Source: Eledone cirrhosa (taxonomy: Eukaryota). From it: a stretch of DNA of 64,000 bases. Of the stretch, positions 53,038 to 64,000 are shown in pieces. The notes under the pieces are model-generated. The model was not told the DNA's origin. It ran no database searches and saw only the letters and a program-made list of their open reading frames with translations. Location of the stretch: positions 381,610,001 to 381,674,000 of the forward strand of contig OZ024741.1 in NCBI GenBank assembly GCA_964016885.1, given 5' to 3'. Every line of letters starts with the position of its first letter. The first letter of the stretch is position 1. Position numbers and translations under genes: made by a program.

Positions 53038-53574
53038 TATATATTTATATATTATAATATTATTTGTTTATCTAATTGTAAACATATTTTTGCGCACGGA
53101 TTTGTGAGTATATCTTTTCATTTTTTGGTACCCCCTTTTTATACTCCTACCTGCTTTGTGCCAACAATTCCATATAATATCAAATCATACTTTATTATGT
53201 ATAACATATATTCTTAAGTCTCCCACTTTAATTTCCATTTCAGCATTGTGCAGAAACAATTTGCATAGGAATAATAAATAACTCCTGTAATTAATGTATT
53301 GGTTTCATTCCTACTTGTGATTTTAACCAACTGAATATTTCCTAGAATATTCTGAATGTCTCAAACGGACGTTACGGGGTTTTCCTCCCTGTTGTCTTTG
53401 ATACGTTACACCATTTAATTGATATCACCGAAGCCGGATGTTAAGAAATTCACATGCACTGGAACGATTAACAGGTTTTCAGAATTACATACACATATAA
53501 ACATGACAACACCCACACATAACAACCCACAAACACTCAAACACACGCGGATACATGTACGCACACCCGTACAT

Positions 53575-53629
<55 letters not shown>

Positions 53630-53658
53630 TTTTCGCTACAATGTTTTCTATACCTTTC

Positions 53659-53694
<36 letters not shown>

Positions 53695-53894
53695 GGATTC
53701 TCGATAGTCTACTTTCATGAGATCTTAATCGATACTAGTACCATAACTTCTAAAAACATGTTCTCAGCGATTGCGATACACACATACGCAGGCACACACA
53801 CAAAGGCACAGGCACATACACACACTCACACACCACAAACAGACACACACATATATATATATTTAGAGCTATCAATTTCGCTAAAACACTCACA

Positions 53895-55121
53895 GTGGTT
53901 AAGGATTTTGAAGTTGATGTCATCCTTAATGCCCGAAAGTCGGTCATTAATTTCGACGACTCTATTTGGATTAAAAAATCCAATAGTACCCCATTCGACG
54001 TGAGTATGGGCGCCAGTGACTCTGCGGAGGTTACTGATCTTATTGGCCTTTTCCTTCTTTTCTCTATCAAGGACGAATTCCCCAACGCGGGCGGTTGTTT
54101 GTACCGTGACGATGGTCTTTTGACCAGGACTATGTGCAGACCTCGTGCTTGCGACAGGTTCAGAAAAGAACTCACAGCCTTCTTTAAAGGCTTCAACCTC
54201 TCTATACAGGTTGAGGCCAATCTCTCGGTCGTTAATTACCTCGACGTTACCCTCAATTTATTGAATGGGTTGTATTACCCGTATAGAAAGCCGAATGATA
54301 CGCTTAATTACATAAGTAAGCATTCCAACCATCCTGCCAGCATAACCAAGAACCTGGTAAGAAACGTTTCGTTGAGGCTTTCCCGTCTTTCCACCAACGA
54401 GCGCATTTTCAACGACCATTCCACTTATTACAATGAAGCTCTTGCTCGAAGTGGATTCGTCGATAAGGTAGTATATACTGAGTACGAAAATAGACCTAGA
54501 AGAAATAGATCCCGACGCATTTGTTGGTTTAACCCACCATATAATATGGAGGTCGCCACACCATTAGCTAAGATCTTTCTTTCCCTTATTACGAAGCATG
54601 TTCCCCCTACACATAAATATAGTAAAATCTTTAATAGAAATACTATTAAAATTTCTTACTCTACGACTGCTAACCTTGCACATAACATCACTGCTTCAAA
54701 TTTAGCTAAACTACCTAGCCGTAGGAACCAGTGCAACCCTGTAGTTAGTAATAACTGTAATTGTAGGAATCGGGCTGATTGCCCCCTATCCGGGAAATGC
54801 CTCTCTAGTAACATTGTCTACAAATGTAAGGTTGTAACACCCACGTCCCGTAGGGCCTACATAGGGTTAACCGCCAATAGTTTCAAGCAGCGTCTTTACA
54901 TGCATACCCATTCTGTTCGTTACCCTCTAAGAAGGAATATGACGTCACTTTCAGCTTATATCTGGAGTCTAAAAGACAACCACACCCAATATAAGTTACT
55001 CTGGGAGATCCTAGCTAGGGCTAGATCGTATAACGGAAATAAAAGACCATGTGACCTCTGCGCCGCTGAGGCCCTGGAAATACTCTACGCCACAGACCAC
55101 ATCTTAAAAAAAAAAATCTGA
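53895..55121 (+). CDS. Naiad-type PLE RT/GIY-YIG ORF, 5'-truncated, with terminal frameshift in an A run; element extends to about 56280
   Basis: 408 open codons: FDVSMGASDSAEVTDLIGLFLL, LYRDDGL, NYLDVTL, WFNPPY, CNCRNRADCPLSGKC, IVYKC...YIGLT...FKQR. Confidence 0.92.
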   Translation: MVKDFEVDVILNARKSVINFDDSIWIKKSNSTPFDVSMGASDSAEVTDLIGLFLLFSIKDEFPNAGGCLYRDDGLLTRTMCRPRACDRFRKELTAFFKGFNLSIQVEANLSVVNYLDVTLNLLNGLYYPYRKPNDTLNYISKHSNHPASITKNLVRNVSLRLSRLSTNERIFNDHSTYYNEALARSGFVDKVVYTEYENRPRRNRSRRICWFNPPYNMEVATPLAKIFLSLITKHVPPTHKYSKIFNRNTIKISYSTTANLAHNITASNLAKLPSRRNQCNPVVSNNCNCRNRADCPLSGKCLSSNIVYKCKVVTPTSRRAYIGLTANSFKQRLYMHTHSVRYPLRRNMTSLSAYIWSLKDNHTQYKLLWEILARARSYNGNKRPCDLCAAEALEILYATDHILKKKI

Positions 55122-56121
55122 GGCAATTTCGGCTTGTAAACATAAATTGCACAAAACTTTCCTGTATTACAGCCCCACGTTATACCCTAACGGATAGCAC
55201 GATCTAAACGTGGATATTTTACGTCTTGATGTGGGAGCTAAGTATATGTTTGTTTATTCCTTTACTTATTTGCATAGGTAAGTATATATTACCCGTATGT
55301 TTTGTGAAGGTATGTATACCTTCTCGTACGTATATTTGACTGTTATGGCGTATAAGTTTTACATATTCTGGTATTTAGGGTTTGGCTATGTGAATACGGG
55401 AGTTTTGCGTCTGCGTGAGTATGCAGGTTCGTACGTATGGTGGGTGTGTGTATATGTGTACTTCTTGTTTTAGTTGACTTACGTCTCCGAACATTTCTGT
55501 ATTTATATGTAGGTATGCGTGTGCGCTTGTTATATACGTATTTATTTATTTATATACGTTTATATAATTATTTATTTATTTGTACACAAACATACACACA
55601 CACACATATTTATATGTGCGTGGTTTTGTATACCCATGGTAAGGTTATGCGTATGTTTGTGTATGTACGTATCTGTTTGCGTGTATGTATTTATTTGTTT
55701 CTATTACTTCTGTATTGTATTTATTTACTTTGTTCTTAACTCTGTAGCGGAGATTCATTTGGTCTCCTAGTTAGAATTTTAGTCTACGACTTCTGCTTAC
55801 CATTTACGTGATTTTGTCTTTGCGTGCTATTGTTCTCCACGCTCCACATATGACTTATTATCTTCGTTTTTTCGTTCATTGCCAGAGAACGTCTCTATGC
55901 ACCACCTTAGAACATTAGCCTACGACCTCTTTTATACCATAAACGTGGTTCTGTCTTTGCGCGTAATTGTTTTTCACCGCTCCTATTAATGACGTATTAT
56001 TCGTTTTTTCCCGTTCTTTGCCAGCGAACGTTGCCACGAACCAAAGTATCGTCTTCCTGTCTTCCTCCGGTTGCAACGTTTTTTGAAATATCCAGTTCTG
56101 CGTTTACAGATTGACTTTGTT

Positions 56122-56160
56122 AGTTTCAGAAGATCCCGTTAAGGGTGAAAGCAGCGATTC
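56122..56160 (+). ncRNA. Degenerate hammerhead in the Naiad pLTR
   Basis: CAGAAGA (core mutated)-T-CCC GTTAA GGG-T-GAAAGC. Confidence 0.45.
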
Positions 56161-56375
56161 TTTGCTTAAACTTGAATCTGTTATTTTAATAAATATTTGC
56201 TCTACGGTTCTTATATATTTGATATATATTTTCCTTATCGAGCCCTCTTTGGATTTTAGTCATCAATTTTATTATTATTACTATATTTATATATATATAT
56301 ATATAAAGATAGTTTCAAAACAATATAGCAAACCATCCTCGAGGACGCGGGTTTTACCCAATGGATTCTCAAATC

Positions 56376-56637
56376 GAACCCGTCCTATATGACTGTGTGC
56401 TCTACTTACTACAAATATAACCCCGGTGTTTTACTACTATATATATATTTAATCTTTAAATGGGTCTTTCGTAAGGCTTTTCTACATTGGTTAGCTAATT
56501 TCCCTCCAGGGAAATTAGCTAACCAATGTAGAAAAGCCCTACGAAAGACCCATTTAAAGATTAAATATATATATAGTAGTAAAACACCGGGGTTATATTT
56601 GTAGTAAGTAGAGCACACAGTCATATAGGACGGGTTC
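56376..56637. repeat. 262-bp near-perfect palindrome, with its centre repeated at 56635-56664
   Basis: Arms mirror around CCCT-CC-AGGG at 56506. Confidence 0.9.
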
Positions 56638-56739
56638 CCTCCAGGGAAATTAGCTAACCAATGTGTGCAAACAAATATGTGTGTGTGTGTATGCTTGTGT
56701 ACAAGCATACACCCACGAACATGACACTCTGGCATCTCT

Positions 56740-57620
56740 GGTTGTCGTACCACGAAGTGGCTTTCCCTATCTTATGTTTATTCCTATCTAAGCTAATTCA
56801 TGATTTGCTCCTGTATAATGGGCAACTTGCTTTCATGTGCATTTCTATGAGGGTCTTATATTTCTCCGTGGCTCCTTTGTATTAAAGTGGTAGAAATGCT
56901 AGGAACTGCCTTAAAATCCCTGATCAGCAAAACATACCCCTTTAAGAAAACCCACTGTACTAATAACAAATGTGCTATATGTAAAATGTACCCACAGCTA
57001 AACTGTAAACCTAGAAATGTTGTCTATAGCATAAAATGTTGCAGAAACATGACAATGACATACATAGGTGAGACAGCTCGAAGCATAGGGGAAAGAATAG
57101 ATCAACACTGTGGGAACTAAAAGAACAACAATACTTTTCAGTACTAATTGAGCACACCAGACAATGATATCACGGTAATATAGACAACTTAGAAATTAGA
57201 ATAATATCTATGCATAGAAATGACTCAGCAGGTAGGCAAATCAGAGAATCAACTGAAATAGATCTAAGGAGAACAAAGCTAAACAGAAAAAAATGAATGG
57301 AATAACAACAACAACCATACCCAAATAAACAATACTGACTTAAGGGAAACATAAATAAATAAACAAATAAATATATACGCAGGTACAATAACAACAAACA
57401 CATATAAACAAAGATAGAGTACAAAGACAAAAACACATACACTCAAACGCGGACACGGACACCAAACATTATACACACACGCAAACCCACACGCAGAGAC
57501 GGAGACCAGAATAAATAAATAAAATAAAAATGGGTAGACATACAATACAACAGGAGGAAACATAATAGCACCACTGATGATGTTGCAGATGTGCAACGAA
57601 AGAACTTTGATAGATTATAT
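56740..57620 (+). mobile_element. 5'-truncated Neptune-type PLE with 5' inversion
   Basis: Plus strand KVVEMLG...PF...CAIC...VVYSIKC...YIGETARS; minus strand 56740-56885 gives CPLYRSK...K..SWY, the segment normally just upstream. Confidence 0.8.
57569..57612 (+). ncRNA. Type I hammerhead ribozyme motif
   Basis: CTGATGA-T-GTTGCA GATG TGCAAC-GAAAG-AA-CTT. Confidence 0.7.
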
Positions 57621-57663
57621 ATATATATTTATATCTGTATTTTCAACCGTTGGTCAATCAATG

Positions 57664-57851
57664 ATTGTTTCTACTTTAGGCACAAGGCCAGCAATTACCC
57701 AGTGCATTACTGGTACTTTACTTTATCGACCCCGTAAGGATGAAAGGCAAAGTCAACCTCGGCGGGATTTGAACTCAGATCGTAAAGGGACGTAACTATG
57801 CTGGAAAGCATGGCGTCCTACCCTCTACCGATACTGCCAATCCACCACCCT
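57664..57851 (-). mobile_element. tRNA-derived SINE family A
   Basis: Nearly identical to 6855-7040. Confidence 0.9.
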
Positions 57852-57918
57852 TTGTATATAACATTATTCTTTCTGCACCTTCTGTTTAACATGTGCGACA
57901 CCACATTAATACATTTCA

Positions 57919-57960
57919 CTATCATTTGATAATGCATATAAATGCTGAAACCGGTAATAG
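57919..57960 (+). ncRNA. Degenerate hammerhead motif
   Basis: TTGATAA (core mutated)-T-GCAT ATAA ATGC-T-GAAA-CCGG-TA with palindromic stem III. Confidence 0.45.
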
Positions 57961-58151
57961 ACAATAATTACATATATAAATAGATAAATAAATGACATTG
58001 TTAAATAATAAATAAATCAACTAATACCTTAACACTTCACACAAAGTAAAACATGTCGTTTTAATCATTTTCTAACCCAGAAAAGAGGGAGAGAGAAACG
58101 AAAAAGGAAAAAAAAAATATTTTTCTTCCTCATAATCGACTCTCTACATTT

Positions 58152-58197
<46 letters not shown>

Positions 58198-58291
58198 TCT
58201 GTTATGGATGTGAGTTTGGTTGTTTGAGGATGTTAATAGTTTTTGGTTATTTGGTTGTTTGAAGAGATCCAAGGAAAAACGGGTATATATA

Positions 58292-59158
58292 CGAGGTTTG
58301 TCAGAACAGTTCCGGGACTGATGTCACAAAATATTTATTTCAAACCCAAACTTCACATTAAGAGTTGTCTCCTTCAAAGTAATCCCCCTGGAGTCTAATG
58401 CACTTTTCCATCCTTTTCTGCCACGCTTGCATACACTCCTGGAAGGATTCTTCCGGGATCCTCCGCAGTTCCGTCAGCACGGCCTTTTGATGACGTCGCC
58501 GTCTTCAAAACGGGTCCCCTCCGGGTCGTACTCGAAGATTCATGACTCATCACCGATGATGACTGTCCGTAGCAAGTCTGGTTCGGTTTCAAGACGCTCG
58601 AGCATGTCCTGGCACCCTTCTGGTTTTCGTTCAGCAGTTTTGGCACCATATTCGCGCAAACTTTCAGCATGTCCAAATCTTCAGCGAGAATCTTCCAGAC
58701 GCTGTCCCGATACATGCCCAGCTCATTTGCAATCAGTCGAACAGTGAGCCGACGATCGCTAAGCAACATCTCCCTGACGCGCTCAACGCTGACCTCAGCC
58801 TGGTTGTTGAGGGCATTCCGCTCATGGGTCATCTTGCATCACTCAAAAAACACGTGAGCGTGACATTGTCTCATCTCTATACACTTGCTGCAGCAATCCC
58901 AGTGCTTCTGACGGGATTTTCCCCAACCGTACCAGAAAATTCTAGTTTGTTCGTTGCTCTGTGCTCATTGCTTGACGACCTGAAACAGAGGACATGTATA
59001 TAAAATTATGAAGAAAAATTTGTGATCGCTGCAGAGATCTAATATTACAGTTACATACTCCAGTGGGATTATTTGAAGGAGAAAACTATTAGTGTGAAGT
59101 TTGGGTTTGAAATAAATCTTTTGTGACATCAGTCTTGGAACTTTTCTGACACACCTCG
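58292..59158 (-). mobile_element. Internally deleted mariner DNA transposon
   Basis: TA TSD; ~100-bp TIRs starting CGAGGT(T/G)TGTCAGAA; transposase remnants EQRTN...FLVRLGK, SDRRLTVRLIANEL, WQKRMEKCIRLQGDYFEG. Confidence 0.92.
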
Positions 59159-59386
59159 TATATAAACATATACATTGTAAGTCTGCGGTGCTTAGGCCTG
59201 GGAGAGCACTTATCAAGTTAGTACACTGTGCATGAGAAGGAGCAGGAGGGGCATAACATTGGTATAAACCCAGCTCCGACACCTTGCACTTTCAGCATTT
59301 AAATAGCAGTACATCCTTCGAAGGCATGCTACATGCAAACCGGAACCACCAGGCATCGATGTCGGGTTTATATCTACCTTTATATT

Positions 59387-59435
<49 letters not shown>

Positions 59436-59517
59436 GTATTTATATATCTGCGTGTATTCGTTTACGTACGCGCGTTTGTGTATGTATGTATGTTCATACG
59501 TACACACCCACACTCAC

Positions 59518-59975
59518 GAAAACGTATGTCAAAATGAAAATGAACATTTTGAGAAAGTCATGAAATAAAAGGTGTAACATAATGCTTTCTCTTCACAGGA
59601 TAGTATTAATTTTGCTTATTTAAATTAAAGACATTGGACTCATTGCATTAATTAAACATTACAATCTTTTCATAATTAGTTAAATCTAGATTACATAGAT
59701 GGGAATACTGTAGAAGGGCCTGATACAGAAACAGATTTCATGAAATATTAATGAGGAACATGAAAACATGTGCGGCGGTATAGGATTTTACAACCATTCT
59801 AAACACATTCTGATTGTAGGATTTTACTTGATTTTTCTAATGGGTGAAAAGGCTACTTACAATGTTTAACATGTGTATGTGTGATGGAGCCTACATCGTA
59901 GTGAGATGCAGAAAAATGCCAAAAGGTGACGATGAGCATACGAGGAAATTATAAGTAACGTTGGGCCCTTTCTAC
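59518..59975 (-). pseudogene. RNF213: RNF213-like AAA-region remnant
   Basis: QRYL, NIVSSLF, IRMCLE/GCKIL and RKHYV resemble recalled RNF213 SRYLL, IIFGSGF, VKICMETGKMVL and LEKHYL; GTGAGT donor at 59517. Confidence 0.5.
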
Positions 59976-60038
59976 TTATGCTGTGCTAACACAGACATAC
60001 ATATATATAGGCACACAAACACACATACACACATACAG

Positions 60039-60127
<89 letters not shown>

Positions 60128-60309
60128 TAAGACATGCAGACAGAGAGGGAGAAAGAGATAGAGACAGAAAGACAGAGAGGGAGAGAGAGATGGATACATA
60201 TATACTCACACATATTTCTGTATATATACATAAACACATACACACATATGTACACACACGTATGTGTGTATGAGGTTGGTACTGTATAAGTAAAGTAAGT
60301 AGTGATATT

Positions 60310-60575
60310 GAAGTCAACACAAAGGACCTGGGTAATTTTCCCGAGGCAATAGTAGCTTTCTTTTAAAAAGACATAATGCCTGATAATGAACTTCTTTTAG
60401 CTTGATAGCTGCCTCATAGGACAGAGTTTATGTCACACGACACACAGCTGTCTCCTGCGTTCAACACTAACATGACAACAAATCATTCGGTATTGACTTT
60501 TTGTACAATGCGCTGGCTAAAGGGCACAACTATGCATACGATTTTGGATTGATCCATGAATAATTTCTCTTTCTG
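60310..60575 (-). pseudogene. RNF213: RNF213-like AAA-region remnant
   Basis: MDQSKI and HYQALCLFKRKLLLPRENY resemble recalled LDPAKM and AYETVCKRQDKEFFGLRDYY. Confidence 0.5.
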
Positions 60576-60600
60576 GTGCTCTCTCTCTCTCACACACTCT

Positions 60601-60638
<38 letters not shown>

Positions 60639-60875
60639 CTCCGTCTTCTCTCTATCTGTCTATCTATCTATCTCCCTCTATCTCTCTTTCTCCATTTCTC
60701 TCTCTCCCTTTCTCTCTCTCATTTTATCTCCCTCGTTCTTCCTCTTTATTTCACGAAAATACACTCAGAGGTTAGGGAATCAGATATAGATTCACAAGAA
60801 CATATAAATTTGAATACATACATACAAACATGTATACTTACACACACATACACACACACGCACACACACAAACAT

Positions 60876-60953
<78 letters not shown>

Positions 60954-60965
60954 ACACACACACAT

Positions 60966-61037
<72 letters not shown>

Positions 61038-61054
61038 AATTAGGTTTATCACGA

Positions 61055-61261
61055 GCAAATACTTCTTCTGTGACGGTTAATTCTTTGCATTTATATGTCG
61101 ATTACACAAACATGACAGGGCGACAAAAATTGTAACCTTTCAGATACGAAGTGATTCAAAGAGATAGTCTTGTTTATGTTCAAGTTGTAATGTTAAATCG
61201 TCATTTAAAGATTATGGTAAGATAACATAACACATATTTTAGGAGGCGGTGACATTTTAGG

Positions 61262-61295
<34 letters not shown>

Positions 61296-62300
61296 CATTT
61301 GGTGTCGCCCCAAAATGTATACGCAATCCGATTACCTGTACAGGCAATATTTATTAGAATGCAGTTGAAGCTTGTATACATCTTTTTGGGATACCCTTTA
61401 TATATATATATGTACATTAGTTTCCACTTGTTTAATTTTGTTAGACCTCAATGTGGCCTTGAAGAGATGTTTTCAGGGACATTAGGTGGTGACTGCTATA
61501 AAGTTTGCTCATCGTGAATGGTTGCCTCGAAGATTCTGGTCAAGTTAAAGATTAATTTATATATATGTGAGTGTGTGAGCATTGAACAAGATAATAATGC
61601 TAAATTTAGAGGTTGGTTTTTAATTAGTTCATTGCGCTTGTTTTAAAAGGTTGATTGAACAAGTTAGATCGATATATCCCCTAGAAGACATTGGCTATTT
61701 CACTACCTATTTCTAGTTTCATATTCCTTGGTGTATCACACCGTGTTTCTCAGAAACAATGTTTAATCAACTCTCTTAAACGATCATAACACAATAAACT
61801 AATTAACAAGCAGCCTCCGACATTTGCTCGATTGTTTTTATTACTAGGTTTTATTATGTTTGGGATTCAGCCTTTAGACTGATACTTTTGAGATATCCAC
61901 TTGTTATATGTACACACATATATAGACAGGAAAATACGCACACACATATCCTTATATACATGTATATATATGTGGGTATGTGTGTGTGTATTTCCCACCT
62001 CTCGTAATGAAGATCTAACACTTCGTAAATATTAATTGAGAATCTATTAGTATTTTGTACATTTATACATAATAATTAATGTATAAGTACTGTATACTTA
62101 CATCAAGCTGGTAACATAACTAAAGTGCCTTAGATGTGCTTCTGGAAATCAAATCGATGACGCAAATCATCGATTATAGTGAGTACTATTAATCACTAAT
62201 TAACTGATGACCAAATTGCACAAAATTACCAGTCACTTACACGGAAGAACTTTGTAATATTCTCCACATGGTGATGAACAAAATCCTTTAAAACAACATT
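61055..62300 (-). pseudogene. RNF213: RNF213-like AAA-region remnants interrupted by microsatellites and a MITE
   Basis: DYLFESLR...SCLCNRH resembles DLFRSLKQVHLVSFQCSPH; FVQFGHQL resembles VWDFGQL. Confidence 0.45.
61293..61400. mobile_element. Tc1/mariner-type MITE remnant
   Basis: Imperfect TIRs GGTGTC..CCCAAAATGTATAC / GTATACATCTTTTTGGGATACC within (TA)n. Confidence 0.55.
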
Positions 62301-62682
62301 TAATATAGATGAATACATATATTTATGTACACATACGCATATATATGTGTGTGTATATATACACACACCCCGATTGATCACAGAAATATTCCATTATACA
62401 ATATAAATTGGAGTCATTATTCAATAAAAATTGAAAAGTAACAAAGTAGGCGATTAATTTCATAAAATGAAGAGGCAGCTAATTAATGTCTCTAATCATT
62501 TTTTATTGAACCATATGGCTATTTTGTTTTTGCATGAATGAATAATTATCTGCTCCACTAAATAACATTTATTCACCTGTATATTTTAACTATATGTCCA
62601 CGAAAGATCATTATTATGTCACTTGTCCAAACGATATTGCAATTATTTAAAAACATTTTATAATTATTATTATTGTTATTAT

Positions 62683-62860
62683 TTGACAGTATCGGTAGAG
62701 GGTCGGACGCCATGATTTGATGCATAGAGTTACGGCCCTTCCCAATCTGAGTTTAAATCCCGCCGAGGTTAACTTTGCCGTTCATCCTTACGGGGTCGAT
62801 AAAATAAAGTACCAGTAATGCACTGGATAATTGCTTGCCTTGTGCCAAAAGTAGCAACAA
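62683..62860 (+). mobile_element. tRNA-derived SINE family A (sense orientation)
   Basis: CAGTATCGGTAGAGGGTCGGACGCC...GAGTTTAAATCC...TGTGCCAAAAGTAG followed by (TTA)n. Confidence 0.9.
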
Positions 62861-62879
62861 GTATTATTATTATTATTGG

Positions 62880-64000
62880 CGACCTACGTAGGAAATCGTA
62901 TTATCGTGAGCTCCGCAAAGGTTTGTTGTTTTCAGTTGCTTCAAATTGCCAGTTATGAACAATGTTTGTTGTTAAGTGTTTATAAGTGCACATATATTGC
63001 TTTCTGAAAAGGACACTCAAAAAGATTGAGGCTTGAGCCCCAAATTTAAAATTTTATAATTATCAAACAAAAACTTTCTTTGAAAAAATCATGGACGGCT
63101 CTCAACCACACAAAGCTGCAAGCCTTCCTAACAAACCAACACCTCCCACCCCACCATTGTAGACATTACTACGCTAGCCAACACTAAACATATAAGCAGT
63201 GGCAATAATTTAAATTTGTCACATACAGACATTCATTTCCCGCCATTACCAATAATTGCAAATCTTAAAGCTGCCATCCTCACCACCACGATGTCAAACA
63301 GAACAACCAAAAACACTGATACCATCACCACCACCAGTACAGCGACAAAAGAAAAAAAATTATCTCGTAACATCGAAATGGATTTACCCAGAATCGACTC
63401 TTCCATGCCGAACACCACTGGCACCACAACCACCTCCACCACAACTGAAACTAAAAATAACAATAACAACAACAGCAACAACAACAACAACAACAACAGC
63501 AATGAGAATAACAACAACAACATCAACACCAGCGCAAAACAAAGTGTGTCATTTGCCAAAGCAGCCAAGAAAAACGAAACAATCGAGGTAGGCCAGGAGG
63601 AATTAAATGAAGCCAAGAGAATGGTAAAAGAAGATGGGTAAAGGGTCAGCCTCACCCCCCACCCTCTTCTAATAAAATGGAACATCGACGCCTATGCACC
63701 GTGTCATATCGGACGGACGTTAAACACAATATGACGCCGAGTGGAACGGGCATCTGAGTCCCAGATACAAAAAGCTTTGGGACATGTGTGGGCGAAAAAA
63801 ACAGAGATCAGACGTGTGCAGAAATAGGGAACTGTGGACTTGTTATTTGGAATCCCACAGGAAGCCAGAGAGCACTCCATGGCCCCATTAAGAAGTGACG
63901 AGTTCACGCTCGTCTCAAGCTATTTTGGTCAGAGACTCGTTAAGATCAGGGAGACCCACGTTCCACCGGCCATCGAAATTCCCAGGCTAATGTCTGCCGT
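62880..64000 (+). mobile_element. L1/Tx1-type LINE 5' UTR and ORF1 start (decayed, runs out of the window)
   Basis: Thr/Asn-rich N-terminus, SFAKAAK motif, then GTVDLLF...SYFGQRLVKIRETHVP; in-frame stops. Confidence 0.65.

Noticed and set aside
55121-56280. SECIS or Sec readthrough at the TGA ending the Naiad ORF
   Set aside because: The TGA results from an A-run frameshift, the linker cysteines are TGY, and no AUGA/GA quartet with an AA loop was found.
56389-56753. Mirror-image ORFs on both strands
   Set aside because: A by-product of the palindrome.

Overview
AT-rich, microsatellite-dense eukaryotic DNA, most likely octopus/coleoid cephalopod (inferred from the SINE families, (TA)n/(CA)n/(GA)n density and abundance of Penelope-like elements). 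No intact host gene is present. The backbone appears to be a decayed RNF213 (mysterin)-like gene on the minus strand, with collinear fragments from about 62.3 kb down to about 5.4 kb, broken up by insertions. These include Naiad-, Neptune- and Poseidon-type Penelope-like elements (PLEs), L1/Tx1-, RTE- and RNase H-type LINE fragments, tRNA-derived SINEs, an internally deleted Gypsy element, a non-autonomous Helitron and an internally deleted mariner. The most notable signal is about 15 minimal type I hammerhead ribozyme (HHR) motifs. They include a tandem ~431-bp HHR monomer family at two loci (retrozyme/satellite-2-like), an octamer 88-89 nt upstream of the HHR core in two unrelated families, and a ~2.1-kb HHR-bounded non-coding element carrying two diverged copies of a ~220-nt highly structured RNA. 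All protein family calls come from motif recognition by eye, not database searches, and the boundaries of degraded elements are approximate.
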